32,000 bases of DNA from Cylindrospermopsis raciborskii Cr2010 (GCF_003367075.2 NZ_CP065936.1:1860001-1892000), one strand, 5' to 3'; positions 8,355-20,850 are shown, numbered from the stretch's first letter. Made by a program: numbers and translations. Notes: a model not told the origin generated them from the letters alone.

Positions 8355-10958
8355 ATGTTGATTGTTGATCAACTCACTCAAAAGTTTCGTCAAATCTGGC
8401 GACCCAGAAAGGGTTTGGCGATCGCGGAGGCTTCTATTATTGGTATTGTAGCTGCTTTATCAGCTGTTTTACTCAAACAGAGTTCGGGATGGTTAGGAAC
8501 ATGGCGTATTCATAGTACCCATATTTTACCAGCTTGGTTAGTATTACCGTTGATTGGCATGGGGTTCGGGTTTTTTGCAGGTTGGTTAATCCAACGATTT
8601 GCTCCGGAAGCTGCTGGTAGTGGTATCCCCCAAGTGAAAGCCAGTTTAGGTAATGTTCCTATCAGGTTATCTTGGCAAGTGGCGGGGATTAAGTTAATTA
8701 GTACTATTTTTACCTTGGGATCGGGTTTAATCTTGGGGAGACAGGGACCGACTATACAGGTTGGTGCGGGTTTGGCTGCGGGGATGAGCCGTTTAGTACC
8801 CACATCTCCTGAACATCGTCGCCAAATGATTGCTGCAGGTGCGGGTGCGGGGTTATCTGCTGCTTTTAATGCTCCCATTACTGGAGTATTATTTATTATT
8901 GAGGAACTACTGAAGGACCTGTCGGAATTAACTCTGGGAACTGCTATTATTGCCTGTTTTATTGGGGGGGTAATTTCTAGATTGTTGGGTGGTGGAACTT
9001 TACAACTTAATCGAGAACTGGTTAACTATTCTGCTCAGTTTTACCTCCCAGAAATTCCCATTTTTCTGCTTTTAGGGGTAATTATTGGCCTATTCAGTGC
9101 TGTATTCCGTCATGGGCTAAGACTTAGTCTCAAAATTTATCAAAGATTCCATATCACTTTACCTTTACGGGTAGCTCTAGCAGGTCTACTTTCTGGGTTG
9201 ATTGTGGCTTTGCTACCAGAATACTATCGAGATAATGCTGGTTTGAGAGAATACATGATTGCTAGTGAGCCTAATTTGCTATTAGCTACTATTACTTTCA
9301 TTAGTCAGTTTATTCTCACCCTAATTGCTTTTGGTTCGGGTGCACCTGGGGGATTATTTGGCCCTAGCTTGATTTTAGGTTCTTGTTTGGGTCATATTAT
9401 TGGTGTTTTTGAGGTGCAATTCTTGGGTTTTGGTTCCCTTAATACTTACGCTTTAGCAGGAATGGGTGGTTTCTTTAGTGCAGTTTCTAAGGTTCCTATT
9501 ACTGCTATTGTCATTGTTTTTGAACTAACTACGGATTTTAATCTGGTATTGCCTTTAATGATTGTTGCTGTAACAGCCTATTTGGTTGCAGACTACTTTG
9601 TACCAGGTTCACTCTATGATGAATTACTGAAATTGAATGGGATTACCATTGAAAAAAATAGTCCTATTGAAGGTGTTTTAACTAAATTAAAAGCTGAAGA
9701 TGTAATGCAAAAACGAGTAGAAACCTTAGATGTCCAGATGTCTATAAAAGAGGCTATTCAAGCTTTTTCTCGTTCTCATCATCGAGGGTTTCCAGTGGTA
9801 GATCAGAGTCAGTTAGTGGGAATTATTACCCAGTCAGATATTAAAAACATTTACCCGTTTCAGCATACTACTTTACGGGAAATTATGACACCGGGACCTA
9901 TTACCGTGCAACCAGACCAAGGCTTAACGGAAGTTTTATACCTACTAAACCGTCACCAAATTAGTCGCTTACCGGTGGTAGAAAAACAAAAAATTCTTGG
10001 TATTATTACTCGTGGCGATATTATTAGAGCAGAAGCAGATAGCATTAACTGTAAAAATATCGCCTCTGGACCTCAACCAGAACCATCATATCTGGTATAT
10101 CAAACGCGATCGCCTAGTACTGGAAGAGGTAGACTATTAGTTACCCTATCTAATCCAGATACAGCGGAAACTCTATTACAAATGGCTGCTACAATTGCTC
10201 AAGAACGCCATTATGAATTAGAATGCTTACAGATTATTTTAGTATCTCGTCATAGTTCTCCTTCTGAAACTAAGGTCAGAACAACAAAAAGCAGAAGAAT
10301 ACTTAGACAAGCCGAATCCCTAGCCAAAAAATGGCAAATTCCCATCCACACCCAAATACGGGTTGCTCATGATGTGGCCCAGGCCATTTTAGAAACCATT
10401 AAGGAACGACATATAGATTTAATTTTTATGGGTTGGAAGGGAAACACCTCCACACCAGGAAGAATTTTTGGTACGGTGGTAGACACGATTATTCGTCAAG
10501 CCACCTGTGATGTTGTTTTGGTCAAATTAAGTAGCTTGCATAATAAATCATACCTTGCTAATTTTCATCGATGGTTAGTACCCATGGCTGGAGGACCAAA
10601 TGCACCCGTAGCTATTAAGTTATTACCAGCTTTAGTAAGCTTAGTAGAAAATCCAGAAATTCGCCTTACCCAGGTGGTCAAACCCTGGGAAAAGGAACCG
10701 GATATGCACGTTTTAGAGGAGTCTACTCGCCAACTAATTCGTAACCGAAACATCCATGGTCAAGTAATTGCTGCGTCTTTACAAGGTGAGTCGGTTAGTC
10801 AAGCAGTAATTGAACTGGTTAACACAGAAGGTTTCGACGTGGTGATTTTAGGTGCTTCCCGGGAGGGACTATTACAACAGGCAATCCACGGTAATATTCC
10901 TGAAACTATTGCCTCCGGTGTTAATAGTACAGTTATACTAGTTAGGGGAGAAATTTAG
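8355..10958 (+). CDS. ClC-family chloride channel fused to a CBS pair and two universal-stress-protein (USP) domains, 867 aa
   Basis: ClC selectivity motifs are present: GSGIPQ, GRQGP (GREGP-like) and GAPGGLFGPS. Two CBS-like repeats (GFPVVD...LVGIITQSDI; ISRLPVV...ILGIITRGDI) are followed by two USP-like halves (DLIFMGWKG; VVILGASREG). Confidence 0.9.
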   Translation: MLIVDQLTQKFRQIWRPRKGLAIAEASIIGIVAALSAVLLKQSSGWLGTWRIHSTHILPAWLVLPLIGMGFGFFAGWLIQRFAPEAAGSGIPQVKASLGNVPIRLSWQVAGIKLISTIFTLGSGLILGRQGPTIQVGAGLAAGMSRLVPTSPEHRRQMIAAGAGAGLSAAFNAPITGVLFIIEELLKDLSELTLGTAIIACFIGGVISRLLGGGTLQLNRELVNYSAQFYLPEIPIFLLLGVIIGLFSAVFRHGLRLSLKIYQRFHITLPLRVALAGLLSGLIVALLPEYYRDNAGLREYMIASEPNLLLATITFISQFILTLIAFGSGAPGGLFGPSLILGSCLGHIIGVFEVQFLGFGSLNTYALAGMGGFFSAVSKVPITAIVIVFELTTDFNLVLPLMIVAVTAYLVADYFVPGSLYDELLKLNGITIEKNSPIEGVLTKLKAEDVMQKRVETLDVQMSIKEAIQAFSRSHHRGFPVVDQSQLVGIITQSDIKNIYPFQHTTLREIMTPGPITVQPDQGLTEVLYLLNRHQISRLPVVEKQKILGIITRGDIIRAEADSINCKNIASGPQPEPSYLVYQTRSPSTGRGRLLVTLSNPDTAETLLQMAATIAQERHYELECLQIILVSRHSSPSETKVRTTKSRRILRQAESLAKKWQIPIHTQIRVAHDVAQAILETIKERHIDLIFMGWKGNTSTPGRIFGTVVDTIIRQATCDVVLVKLSSLHNKSYLANFHRWLVPMAGGPNAPVAIKLLPALVSLVENPEIRLTQVVKPWEKEPDMHVLEESTRQLIRNRNIHGQVIAASLQGESVSQAVIELVNTEGFDVVILGASREGLLQQAIHGNIPETIASGVNSTVILVRGEI

Positions 10959-10969
10959 AGGTCACAGAA

Positions 10970-11191
10970 TCAACGGTCATTGGTGTTAATTTTAGCCAAC
11001 AGTTGGTTAGAAAGGAAAATTATCACTGCTAATAACACTAACTGAAGTTGCCAGGATGCTAAAAACAGGCTCACCACCAGGGTAACAGCTGTTAATATAC
11101 CAGCAATATAAGCAATCTCCAGATTTTTTTTACTGAAAAAATAACCAGTTATACAAGCGGTAAGTACTGGAACTAGAAAAAACAAGGGCAT
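10970..11191 (-). CDS. Small hydrophobic (2-3 TM) hypothetical protein
   Basis: The ORF track gives 10970-11200 with a GTG start; the first ATG is at 11191. Composition is strongly hydrophobic. No recognisable family, so coding status is uncertain. Confidence 0.4.
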   Translation of the reverse strand: MPLFFLVPVLTACITGYFFSKKNLEIAYIAGILTAVTLVVSLFLASWQLQLVLLAVIIFLSNQLLAKINTNDR

Positions 11192-11344
11192 TTTAATCAC
11201 ATCCTGAACTAAAACGCGAGGTTGAAATTGAAAAAATCAACCCGCACTGGAAATAAGAAGAAATTATATAATTGATTAACTTTCCTTTACAATAGCTGGG
11301 AACCTAAATATCTTAATTAGTTGACATTTGAATGATTTGTCAAT

Positions 11345-11648
11345 AATTACCCGTTATTGTTTAAATTAATCCACATCTGGTCCGTGGGGGAGACTCAAAG
11401 CCCAAGTCGGTCAAACCCGACTGGTTAAGGTAGCTCCACAAGCTAGTCACGCCAACTGGTAATTCAGGGGAGGTTATGAGTATTCTGGTAAGACACATTG
11501 TGATTAATTAGTTTCTTTGCTAACTCGTGGGTCTTCCCATGAGTTATGGAGGTTTTTTGTGGGTGGAAAACACAACTGAGACCGGGAATCAATTCCCGGT
11601 CTCCCCCATGGACCAAGTGTGGATTAATTCAAGCAATAACGGGTAGTT
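11345..11648. mobile_element. MITE-like element (or long-stem structured RNA) with 50-bp terminal inverted repeats
   Basis: The left arm 11345-11394 and the reverse complement of 11599-11648 match at 44/50 positions, and all 6 differences are transitions. Internal hairpins lie at 11402-11424 and 11578-11603 (12-bp perfect stem gagaccgggaat/attcccggtctc). There is no ORF of significant length inside. Confidence 0.5.
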
Positions 11649-11706
11649 GGCGAGATCCCGTGGGTTTGTTGAGTTTAATAACTCAACCTACAAATAATTG
11701 TATCTC

Positions 11707-13110
<1,404 letters not shown>

Positions 13111-13140
13111 TTAATTTTTCTCTCCTTTATTTATATTTAT

Positions 13141-13674
13141 TTAATTTTCGGGGAAGAGACGGGCCATTTCCGAACCATCAAAAACCCTGGGAGGTAGTTC
13201 CTCGCCATTTCCAGAAGAATCTCCGCCCCAAACGTCAGAAACCAACTCACCCGTCTCATGGGATTGGTTGAAATCATCGAATTCATCATCATCCGGTAAA
13301 TTCAACCCTAGAGACCTATTCACCAGTGAAGGATTTTCTCCCACCACACTAGGTGCATCGGAATATACTTTCCCATCATCCAGATTACGTGCTTGACCTG
13401 CAATAGCAAGGTCGGGGTCAAAATTTAATCCCAGAACCTCAATTAAAATATCGGGGTCAGGATTCAACTTAGCAAAAGGAAACATCAACTGAGCAAGTTT
13501 AGGTTCCAAAGCGTTGACCACACCCAGGATCAGGTAAGAAGAAGGACGTTTACCTCCATCAGGGGTAGACATTGATTGTGCAGCCATCTGCACCACAATC
13601 CACTCACGATTAACCTCAAAAAAATGTAACCACTTTTGTTTAATTGCATCAGTAAAACTATCGAAGAAAGCCAT
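13141..13674 (-). CDS. Conserved cyanobacterial hypothetical protein between chlL and chlN (DUF5331-like as I recall), with an acidic C-terminus
   Basis: 177 aa with ATG at 13674, on the same strand as chlL and chlN and between them. The family name is from memory and was not verified. Confidence 0.75.
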   Translation of the reverse strand: MAFFDSFTDAIKQKWLHFFEVNREWIVVQMAAQSMSTPDGGKRPSSYLILGVVNALEPKLAQLMFPFAKLNPDPDILIEVLGLNFDPDLAIAGQARNLDDGKVYSDAPSVVGENPSLVNRSLGLNLPDDDEFDDFNQSHETGELVSDVWGGDSSGNGEELPPRVFDGSEMARLFPEN

Positions 13675-13884
13675 ATTTCCCCTATCCGGTAAAAACTAAA
13701 TTGTTGGGTGAAAAAACCAAGCAGAAAAATCAGGTTTTCAAGAACTGCTGTGTTTTATGTGTAATATAACAGCAACTGACCATGATACGGGAGACTAAAG
13801 GACAATTGTAGATAAGATGAAACTGTTTTTCGATAGCTATTTTGCTGCAACTGGGTTCCTAATCTTCACCCCTAATTAAACACC

Positions 13885-14751
13885 TCAGACCATCATCAGT
13901 TTCAATTCTTGTTCCTGGTTATTAGTCTGTGGTTTAGTGGGATTTAAATAGAAATCTGACAACAGGGAAAACAGTTCCCGGTCAGGAGCATCACTGGGAA
14001 CAACCCCCTCTGGTTGAGCTAAAATTTGGTCAGCAATACTCAAATAATAGTCACAAACATAATTGAGTGAGGGGTCTGATTCTGCCATTTCAAACAGGGT
14101 TTTACCCTTAACACGAGAAACACGAATATCTTCAATCAATGGCAATACCTCTAATACAGGCATTGGCACTGCTTCTACATACTTCTCAATTAAATCCCGT
14201 TTCGCGGTGCGATTACCAATTAAACCTGCTAAACGTAAGGGGTGAGTTCTGGCTTTTTCACGGACAGAAGCAGCAATGCGATTAGCAGCAAAGAGTGCAT
14301 CAAAACCGTTATCAGTGACAATTAAACAGTAATCAGCATAGTTTAGAGGTGCAGCAAAACCACCACAAACCACATCACCTAAAACATCAAACAGAATCAC
14401 ATCATACTCATCAAAAGCATTGAGTTCCTTTAAGAGTTTGACAGTTTCACCTACCACATAACCACCACATCCTGCACCTGCGGGTGGTCCACCAGCTTCT
14501 ACACAGTCAACACCACCATATCCAGGGTAAATGACATCCTCTGGCCACACATCTTCATAGTGATAGTCTTTTTCTTGCAGGGTGTCAATGATGGTGGGAA
14601 TCAAAAACCCGGTTAGGGTAAAAGTGCTGTCATGTTTTGGGTCACAGCCAATTTGTAGTACCTTTTTACCCCGTTTGGCAAGGGCCACGGATATGTTACA
14701 GCTGGTTGTAGATTTACCAATACCACCCTTTCCATAAACTGCTAATTTCAT
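13885..14751 (-). CDS. chlL: DPOR ATP-binding iron-sulfur protein subunit L
   Basis: [46 protein letters not shown] is a NifH-like P-loop with the 4Fe-4S cysteines; 288 aa. Confidence 0.97.
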   Translation of the reverse strand: MKLAVYGKGGIGKSTTSCNISVALAKRGKKVLQIGCDPKHDSTFTLTGFLIPTIIDTLQEKDYHYEDVWPEDVIYPGYGGVDCVEAGGPPAGAGCGGYVVGETVKLLKELNAFDEYDVILFDVLGDVVCGGFAAPLNYADYCLIVTDNGFDALFAANRIAASVREKARTHPLRLAGLIGNRTAKRDLIEKYVEAVPMPVLEVLPLIEDIRVSRVKGKTLFEMAESDPSLNYVCDYYLSIADQILAQPEGVVPSDAPDRELFSLLSDFYLNPTKPQTNNQEQELKLMMV

Positions 14752-15198
14752 AATTTCTCATCTCTCAATAGTTTTTCTTTTCGGTTCCACAGAGATCCTG
14801 GGTTTTTACCAGGTAATTTCTCAAGGTCTGTGATTGTCATTATTATCCAAGTTCCCCATAAAGCAAAGGGCAATCAACTACGAAATTCTGCTCTAAATGT
14901 AGAATTTACAAGCAAAACTGATTTTTTATGGGTTAAATGTCCCTTAAATCTTAAAAAATCTCTATATTTAGCTCTAAATCAATTTTTTATTACTTTTACA
15001 CTAAAAATAGTTACAAAAAACAAATTAGCCATTATGGGGGGTAATCCAGGTAGGTGCTAGGATAGGAAGACGGAAATATGGGGATTGGGGAGATTTAATA
15101 CTAGGTTGAGCTTTTATGTAAATTATTATTAAAATAGAATAGCGTTCCCCTATAATCCCCGAAAAAGGATTATGGATAAAGGCGATCGCTAAGTGATA

Positions 15199-15441
15199 CT
15201 ACGTCTTATTGTTGATTTCTACTAAAGATTGCCAACCCGGATGCCATTGGGAATTGTCCTGTAATAGTTTAGCATTTATCCAAAAACGCACTTTTGGATC
15301 ACATGCTGCTACCATTTCCGCATATACCCAATTACCTTGATTTTTACGATTAACAACTTGAAAGTGTCTCCAACCATCCACTTTTTGTTGAGCTGTCCAC
15401 TTAGAACCAAGTAAATAAGGAAACTTTTGTTTTTTAGCCAT
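15199..15441 (-). CDS. Trp-rich small conserved protein (TIGR02450-like)
   Basis: The likely start is ATG 15441 (MAKKQKFPYLLGSKWTA...GWRHFQV...). The ORF-track start at 15477 adds 12 hydrophobic codons that are unlikely to be real. Confidence 0.65.
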   Translation of the reverse strand: MAKKQKFPYLLGSKWTAQQKVDGWRHFQVVNRKNQGNWVYAEMVAACDPKVRFWINAKLLQDNSQWHPGWQSLVEINNKT

Positions 15442-15600
15442 CGGAAATAATATAAGTATACGGAGAGATATACACAATTAATTATCATCTAATTATCATC
15501 TTCCGCGCAAACACTGCTCCGCTCCCAGTTGTTCTACGCGTTCTTTTCTCCTATAATCGGTCTGTTGTTAGTTATCTTTACCCATTCCATTTTGACCAAC

Positions 15601-16134
15601 ATGAAACATACTCTTTCAGTTCTTGTAGAAGATGAAGCGGGAGTCTTGTCTCGCATTGCCAGTTTATTTGCGCGTCGTGGCTTTAACATTGAAAGCTTAG
15701 CTGTTGGTCCTGCTGAACAGGAGGGAATATCCCGCATTACTATGGTTGTACCTGGAGATGACCGCGTACTTGAACAAATAACTAAGCAATTATATAAATT
15801 GATTAATGTATTAAAGGTACAAGACGTTACAGAAACTCCCTGTGTAGAGCGGGAATTGATGCTCTTAAAGGTAAATGCCAATAGCACCAACAGATCCCAA
15901 GTGGTGGAACTGGCTCAGATTTTCCGTGCTAGGGTAGTTGATGTAGCGGAAGATTCTCTGACCATAGAAGTGGTAGGAGACCCTGGGAAAATGGTAGCAA
16001 TTGTTCAGGTTTTACAAAAATTCGGTTTGAAGGAAATTGCCCGCACAGGCAAAATTTCTCTCACTCGCGAATCCGGTGTCAATACTGAACTTTTGAAATC
16101 AATTCCCAGAGAAGTACTAGCACAAAAATACTAG
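15601..16134 (+). CDS. ilvH: Acetolactate synthase small (regulatory) subunit
   Basis: [37 protein letters not shown] is an ACT domain. The ATG is at 15601. The ORF-track TTG start at 15529 adds a non-homologous extension. Confidence 0.9.
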   Translation: MKHTLSVLVEDEAGVLSRIASLFARRGFNIESLAVGPAEQEGISRITMVVPGDDRVLEQITKQLYKLINVLKVQDVTETPCVERELMLLKVNANSTNRSQVVELAQIFRARVVDVAEDSLTIEVVGDPGKMVAIVQVLQKFGLKEIARTGKISLTRESGVNTELLKSIPREVLAQKY

Positions 16135-16136
16135 AT

Positions 16137-17621
16137 TTAATCGCTTTCAACCCAACTCACCAAGGTTCTTACACCAAAACCAGTTGCTCCAGCACTATTG
16201 TAGCCACTTTCTTTATCAGCCCAAACAGGTCCAGCTATATCCAAATGTGCCCATGGTGTAGTTTTAACAAACTGCTTTAGAAATAGAGCAGCTGTAATAG
16301 AACCACCATAGCGGGGTCCAGTGTTTTTCATATCAGCAATACCTGATTTTAACCCTTCAAAATATTTTTCTTCCATTGGCATCCGCCAAATCTTTTCTCC
16401 AGAAGACTCAGCAGCGGTTTGCAATTGAGATGCTATATTATCATTAGGGGTAAATAAGCCAGCAATATTATCGCCTAAAGCTACTACGCAAGCGCCTGTG
16501 AGGGTTGCTAGATCCACCATGGCATCCAGACCTAACTGATCGGTGTACACCAGAGCATCAGCTAGGGTTAAACGCCCTTCCGCATCAGTGTTATTTACTT
16601 CGATAGTTTTGCCATTAGATGCTTTAAGGATATCTCCTGGGTGCATAGCTTTACCGCTAATCATATTTTCAGTAACTGCGGATATGAAGTGAACTTCTAC
16701 ATCTGGTTTAATCTGACCTATAGCCTTAGCAGCACCAAGAGTAGCAGCAGCTCCACCCATGTCAATTTTCATAGTTTCAATTCCGCTACCAGCTCCTTTA
16801 ATATTCAAACCACCAGAATCAAAGGTGAGACCTTTACCAATAATAGCTAGTTTACGTTTAGGGGTGGTTGCGGGTTTATAGATGAGGTGAATAAACTTGG
16901 GTGGAAGGTCGGAAGCTTGTGCTACGCCTAAATATGCTCCCATACCAAGTTTTTCACAGTCTTCTTGTTCCAGAATTTTTAGTTCCAAACCATGTTCCTG
17001 GGCGATCGCTTGAGCAGTTTGTGCCATAGTAATAGGTGTGACCGCATTAGCTGGAGCTGCTACCAACTCTCGAGCTAAAATAACTCCGGAAACAATTTGT
17101 TCTGCGCGGGTGATAGCGGGTTGTTGTCCCGATAAATTTAATAGGTCAATGGTCTCAATAGGGGGATTTTTATCTTCTGGTTCTGATTTGAACCGAATAT
17201 CTTGATAAAGTGCTAATTGGGCCCCTTCTGTAATCGCTTGGGCGGTAGCTGCTGGTTGATTATTGTATATTGGAAAACTAATAGCCAGGGTTTTGGTTTT
17301 TTGCTTTTTAGCAGTCCTAGCAAGGGTTGCAGCTGCTATACGCAAAGTTTCTAATTTCAGTGTATCTACTTTTCCTAAACCGATAAAAATTACCTTACGA
17401 ATGGGGGAGTTGGCTCCCACACGAATGACCACTGTAGTATTAGCTTTACCGGTGAACTCTTCTTCAGCGATGACTTCTGAGAAAACTCCCCCGTATTTCT
17501 GGTTGAGAGTTGCTAAGTCGTCTTTTAGCTCTACTGCATCTTCAAACAGTCCAATACCCAGGGTATCACCAGTCCAATTTAATAATTCTGTGTCACTAGT
17601 CCGAGTTATCATTTCTGTCAT
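16137..17621 (-). CDS. pepA: Leucyl aminopeptidase (M17)
   Basis: 494 aa with the M17 signature [14 protein letters not shown] and the metal-ligand region [10 protein letters not shown]. Confidence 0.93.
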   Translation of the reverse strand: MTEMITRTSDTELLNWTGDTLGIGLFEDAVELKDDLATLNQKYGGVFSEVIAEEEFTGKANTTVVIRVGANSPIRKVIFIGLGKVDTLKLETLRIAAATLARTAKKQKTKTLAISFPIYNNQPAATAQAITEGAQLALYQDIRFKSEPEDKNPPIETIDLLNLSGQQPAITRAEQIVSGVILARELVAAPANAVTPITMAQTAQAIAQEHGLELKILEQEDCEKLGMGAYLGVAQASDLPPKFIHLIYKPATTPKRKLAIIGKGLTFDSGGLNIKGAGSGIETMKIDMGGAAATLGAAKAIGQIKPDVEVHFISAVTENMISGKAMHPGDILKASNGKTIEVNNTDAEGRLTLADALVYTDQLGLDAMVDLATLTGACVVALGDNIAGLFTPNDNIASQLQTAAESSGEKIWRMPMEEKYFEGLKSGIADMKNTGPRYGGSITAALFLKQFVKTTPWAHLDIAGPVWADKESGYNSAGATGFGVRTLVSWVESD

Positions 17622-17653
17622 TTTTTCTTGTTTTTACCTGCTTCCAGTATGGC

Positions 17654-18472
17654 CTAAAATTTTCTATTGAGGGAGACTTTCTCGTAAAATCCCTGGTCTT
17701 GGAGAATTTTATATAGATTTATCTCTTCCTCCACTAGACAAGCGTGACCACTATCAGGTAAAATCACGATCTTACTATTTGGCAACATCCTTCCTAATCT
17801 TTCTACCTCTGTAAGGGATGGTAACAGGCGATCGCTTCCCCCAGCGATTAACAGTGTCTCTTGTTTGAGTTGTTGCATTTTCTCATGATCCAGGTGAAAG
17901 TGACGCAATAAGGACAATCGCCAATTAATAGTTTCTGCAGGGAGGGAGGTCATACTTTGGAGTAGTTGACGACGGAGGGGAGTGGATATGCGAGGTAAAG
18001 ATGCTAAAAAGGGTAGCAACCCCCAAGCACCTACCGGATAAAACCATGATGGTACTAAATTTGTCATTTGGGATGAAAAGCTGATCCAAGGATTTAGTTT
18101 AAAAGAAGAAGCGGGATTAATTAGAATAATACGTTTAAACAAACTTGGTGACTGAATAGCTATTTTCATAGCCAAACAAGCACCGAAAGACTCACCACAC
18201 AAATAAACCAAGCGATTTCCTCTCTTGAAGGATCCTGTAGTCAATTCCATATCAATTAAGTCGAGGACATTTGTGGTTAATAGGTTCCAATCTCTCATAT
18301 CCGTTTTAGGAATTGCTAAACAACGAATGTCAAACCCCCGCCCTAAATCGCTAATTTGTGACTGTAGCATTTCACCGGTTCCATCCATTCCTGGTAAATA
18401 AATAAACAATGGATATTCTGGTTGTAGGGGTTTGGGAGTTAAAAACCGGAGTTTGAGTTCCACATCTATCAT
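17654..18472 (-). CDS. Alpha/beta-fold hydrolase
   Basis: 272 aa with a nucleophile elbow GESFG and a C-terminal SGHACLVEE (catalytic His region). Confidence 0.8.
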   Translation of the reverse strand: MIDVELKLRFLTPKPLQPEYPLFIYLPGMDGTGEMLQSQISDLGRGFDIRCLAIPKTDMRDWNLLTTNVLDLIDMELTTGSFKRGNRLVYLCGESFGACLAMKIAIQSPSLFKRIILINPASSFKLNPWISFSSQMTNLVPSWFYPVGAWGLLPFLASLPRISTPLRRQLLQSMTSLPAETINWRLSLLRHFHLDHEKMQQLKQETLLIAGGSDRLLPSLTEVERLGRMLPNSKIVILPDSGHACLVEEEINLYKILQDQGFYEKVSLNRKF

Positions 18473-19126
18473 CTTGGTATTTTTCGGGGAATAGAGTCAT
18501 TAAAAGCTAACTACATCAAGCTTTCTATATAAAAATCAATTCAGTCTGAAACTATAATTACAGATTTTAACGAAGTTTGAATGAATTATATATAAATAGG
18601 TGAAATCGCTGAATAAATCCTTGACGCAGTTAATCCATCTCAATGGTTGGTAGTTGAAGTATGGATATGAGATTGTATTTGACGAAGCACAATCTGTCCA
18701 TACTGAAAACTGAAATTTTCCTACCTATTTACCGATTAATTCGTGTATGTTGCGCAAAAATTTGGCATTTTTCTTAATTAATATTTTACATTTCTGTACT
18801 TAAACCTGAACGGGATCAGATGGGACTGTAGAAATTAGAGATTAGGCCTGATTTTCCGTTGGTTTGCCCAGTTTTTTGATCTGAGTACACTCTCTGACTA
18901 CAGTAATCAAAATCCAGGCAAAATCCGGGAATGTGATTGTTGACTAATTGTCTCCTAATCCCAGGGAACAATCATTAGTGTTTATAGAATGGAAAAAATT
19001 GTGAGGTTATTAACTTGTCATGATCAAAACACAGTTGGAAAAAATAGGTGTAATGTTATATAATTACCTAGCTTTACAAAACTAACTAGCTGGTAAAACT
19101 GTTTAATAATTTCTTTTTTATTATCT

Positions 19127-20716
19127 ATGAATCTAACAAATAAAACTTCAAAAACCTTTGCCCTGACCACACCGCTATACTATGTAAACGATGTTCCCCA
19201 TATTGGTAGTGCTTATACCACAATAGCTGCAGATACTATAGCCAGATTTCAGCGTTTATTGGGTAATGAAGTGATATTTATTACTGGAACAGACGAACAT
19301 GGACAAAAGATCCAAAGATCAGCACAAAGTCAAGGAAAATCACCCCAAGAGTTTTGTGATCAAATTGTCCCTAGTTTTATTGATTTATGGCAAATTTTGA
19401 ACATTCAATATGATCGATTTAGTCGTACTACTGATTTAAAGCATCAGGTAATTGTCAAAGAATTTTTTAATAGAGTTTGGGAACAGGGTGATATATACCG
19501 AGGAGAGCAGAAGGGATGGTACTGCGTATCCTGTGAAGAGTTTAAGGAAGAAAGGGAGCTGATAGAAGGTAAGCGCTGTCCTATCCATACCACCAAGGAA
19601 GTGGAATGGCGCGATGAACAAAATTACTTTTTTCGTCTATCTAAGTATCAAAAACCACTAGAGGAGTTTTATCAATCCCATCCAAACTTTATTCAACCTG
19701 CTAGTCGGCGAAATGAAGTTCTTAGCTTTGTTAGTCAAGGTTTACAAGATTTTTCAATTTCACGGGTCAATTTAGATTGGGGCTTTCCTGTACCTGTGGA
19801 TACCCAACATACTCTTTATGTTTGGTTTGATGCACTTTTAGGCTACATAACAGCACTATTAGAACCAGGAACAGAACCAACTTTAGAAAATGCCGTGTCT
19901 AAATGGTGGCCAATTAACTTACATTTAATTGGTAAAGATATATTAAGATTTCATGCCGTATATTGGCCAGCTATGCTGATGTCAGCTAATTTGCCCTTGC
20001 CAAAACAAGTATTCGGACATGGATTTTTGACTAAAGATGGTCAAAAAATGGGGAAGACTCTGGGTAATACTGTTGATCCTGTAGCGCTGGTGAAAAAATA
20101 TGGTAGTGATGCTGTTCGTTATTACTTCCTTAAGGAAATCGAATTTGGTAAGGATGGCGATTTTAATGAAATTAGGTTCATTCATGTTCTAAATGCAGAT
20201 TTAGCCAATGACCTAGGTAATTTGTTAAATCGTACTTTGAACATGGTGAAAAAATACTGCGCTGGGGAAATTCCCTCCATTGCTCCACAAGATATTCCCC
20301 CTGAGAATACCTTAAAGACAATTGGTGGGCAATTAGGGGAGAAAGTTAAACAAGCTTATTCAGTTTTAGCTTTCAATGAGGTAGCTCAAGCTGTGATGTT
20401 ATTAGTTCAAGCCAGTAACAAGTTTATAGATGAACAAGCTCCTTGGTCATTATATAAACAAGGAAAACAGAATGAGGTAGCAACAGTGTTGTACACCGTT
20501 CTGGAATCGGTGAGACTAACAGCTTATTTACTATCGCCAATTATTCCTAATATCAGTAGCGATATTTATCAGCAATTAGGATGGGGAATCAATTTTAACA
20601 ATCCAGAAGAAACCTCCACCGTTGCACCTTTTACAACCCATGCAACATGGGGCGTACTATCGAATAAACAACAGTTAGGCACACCTCAGCCAATTTTCAA
20701 ACGGATAGAACTTTAA
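19127..20716 (+). CDS. metG: Methionine--tRNA ligase
   Basis: HIGH-type motif PHIGSAYT, KMSKS-type motif QKMGKTLGN and a zinc knuckle CVSCEEF...CPIH; 529 aa. Confidence 0.95.
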   Translation: MNLTNKTSKTFALTTPLYYVNDVPHIGSAYTTIAADTIARFQRLLGNEVIFITGTDEHGQKIQRSAQSQGKSPQEFCDQIVPSFIDLWQILNIQYDRFSRTTDLKHQVIVKEFFNRVWEQGDIYRGEQKGWYCVSCEEFKEERELIEGKRCPIHTTKEVEWRDEQNYFFRLSKYQKPLEEFYQSHPNFIQPASRRNEVLSFVSQGLQDFSISRVNLDWGFPVPVDTQHTLYVWFDALLGYITALLEPGTEPTLENAVSKWWPINLHLIGKDILRFHAVYWPAMLMSANLPLPKQVFGHGFLTKDGQKMGKTLGNTVDPVALVKKYGSDAVRYYFLKEIEFGKDGDFNEIRFIHVLNADLANDLGNLLNRTLNMVKKYCAGEIPSIAPQDIPPENTLKTIGGQLGEKVKQAYSVLAFNEVAQAVMLLVQASNKFIDEQAPWSLYKQGKQNEVATVLYTVLESVRLTAYLLSPIIPNISSDIYQQLGWGINFNNPEETSTVAPFTTHATWGVLSNKQQLGTPQPIFKRIEL

Positions 20717-20850
20717 AACCGGAACCCTCTCAACATTTGTCTTTTCATGGCAAAGGTTACTTCTAGAGGTGTTTGCTACCGTGGGGAGGTGCAATAAAAC
20801 TGACATTTTTTTTGAGTCAATTAACCCAATCTAATAAGGGCGTAAATTTA

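Noticed and set aside
8510-10753. Antisense ORFs 8510-8878 and 10565-10753 within the ClC gene
   Set aside because: They lie opposite a strongly supported CDS. Their Pro/Ala/Gly-rich products reflect the reverse complement of membrane-protein codons.
14830-15060. 76-aa + strand ORF in the chlL upstream region
   Set aside because: It is an AT-rich low-complexity stretch with no Shine-Dalgarno or family resemblance. It is more likely the chlL promoter/5' UTR region.
15529-17670. The TTG-initiated N-terminal extension of ilvH (15529-15600), and antisense ORFs 15534-15890, 16641-16850 and 17263-17670
   Set aside because: ilvH homology begins at ATG 15601. The other ORFs are antisense to ilvH or pepA.
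19436-20185. Antisense ORFs 19436-19621 and 19982-20185 within metG
   Set aside because: Shadow ORFs opposite a definitive aminoacyl-tRNA synthetase gene.
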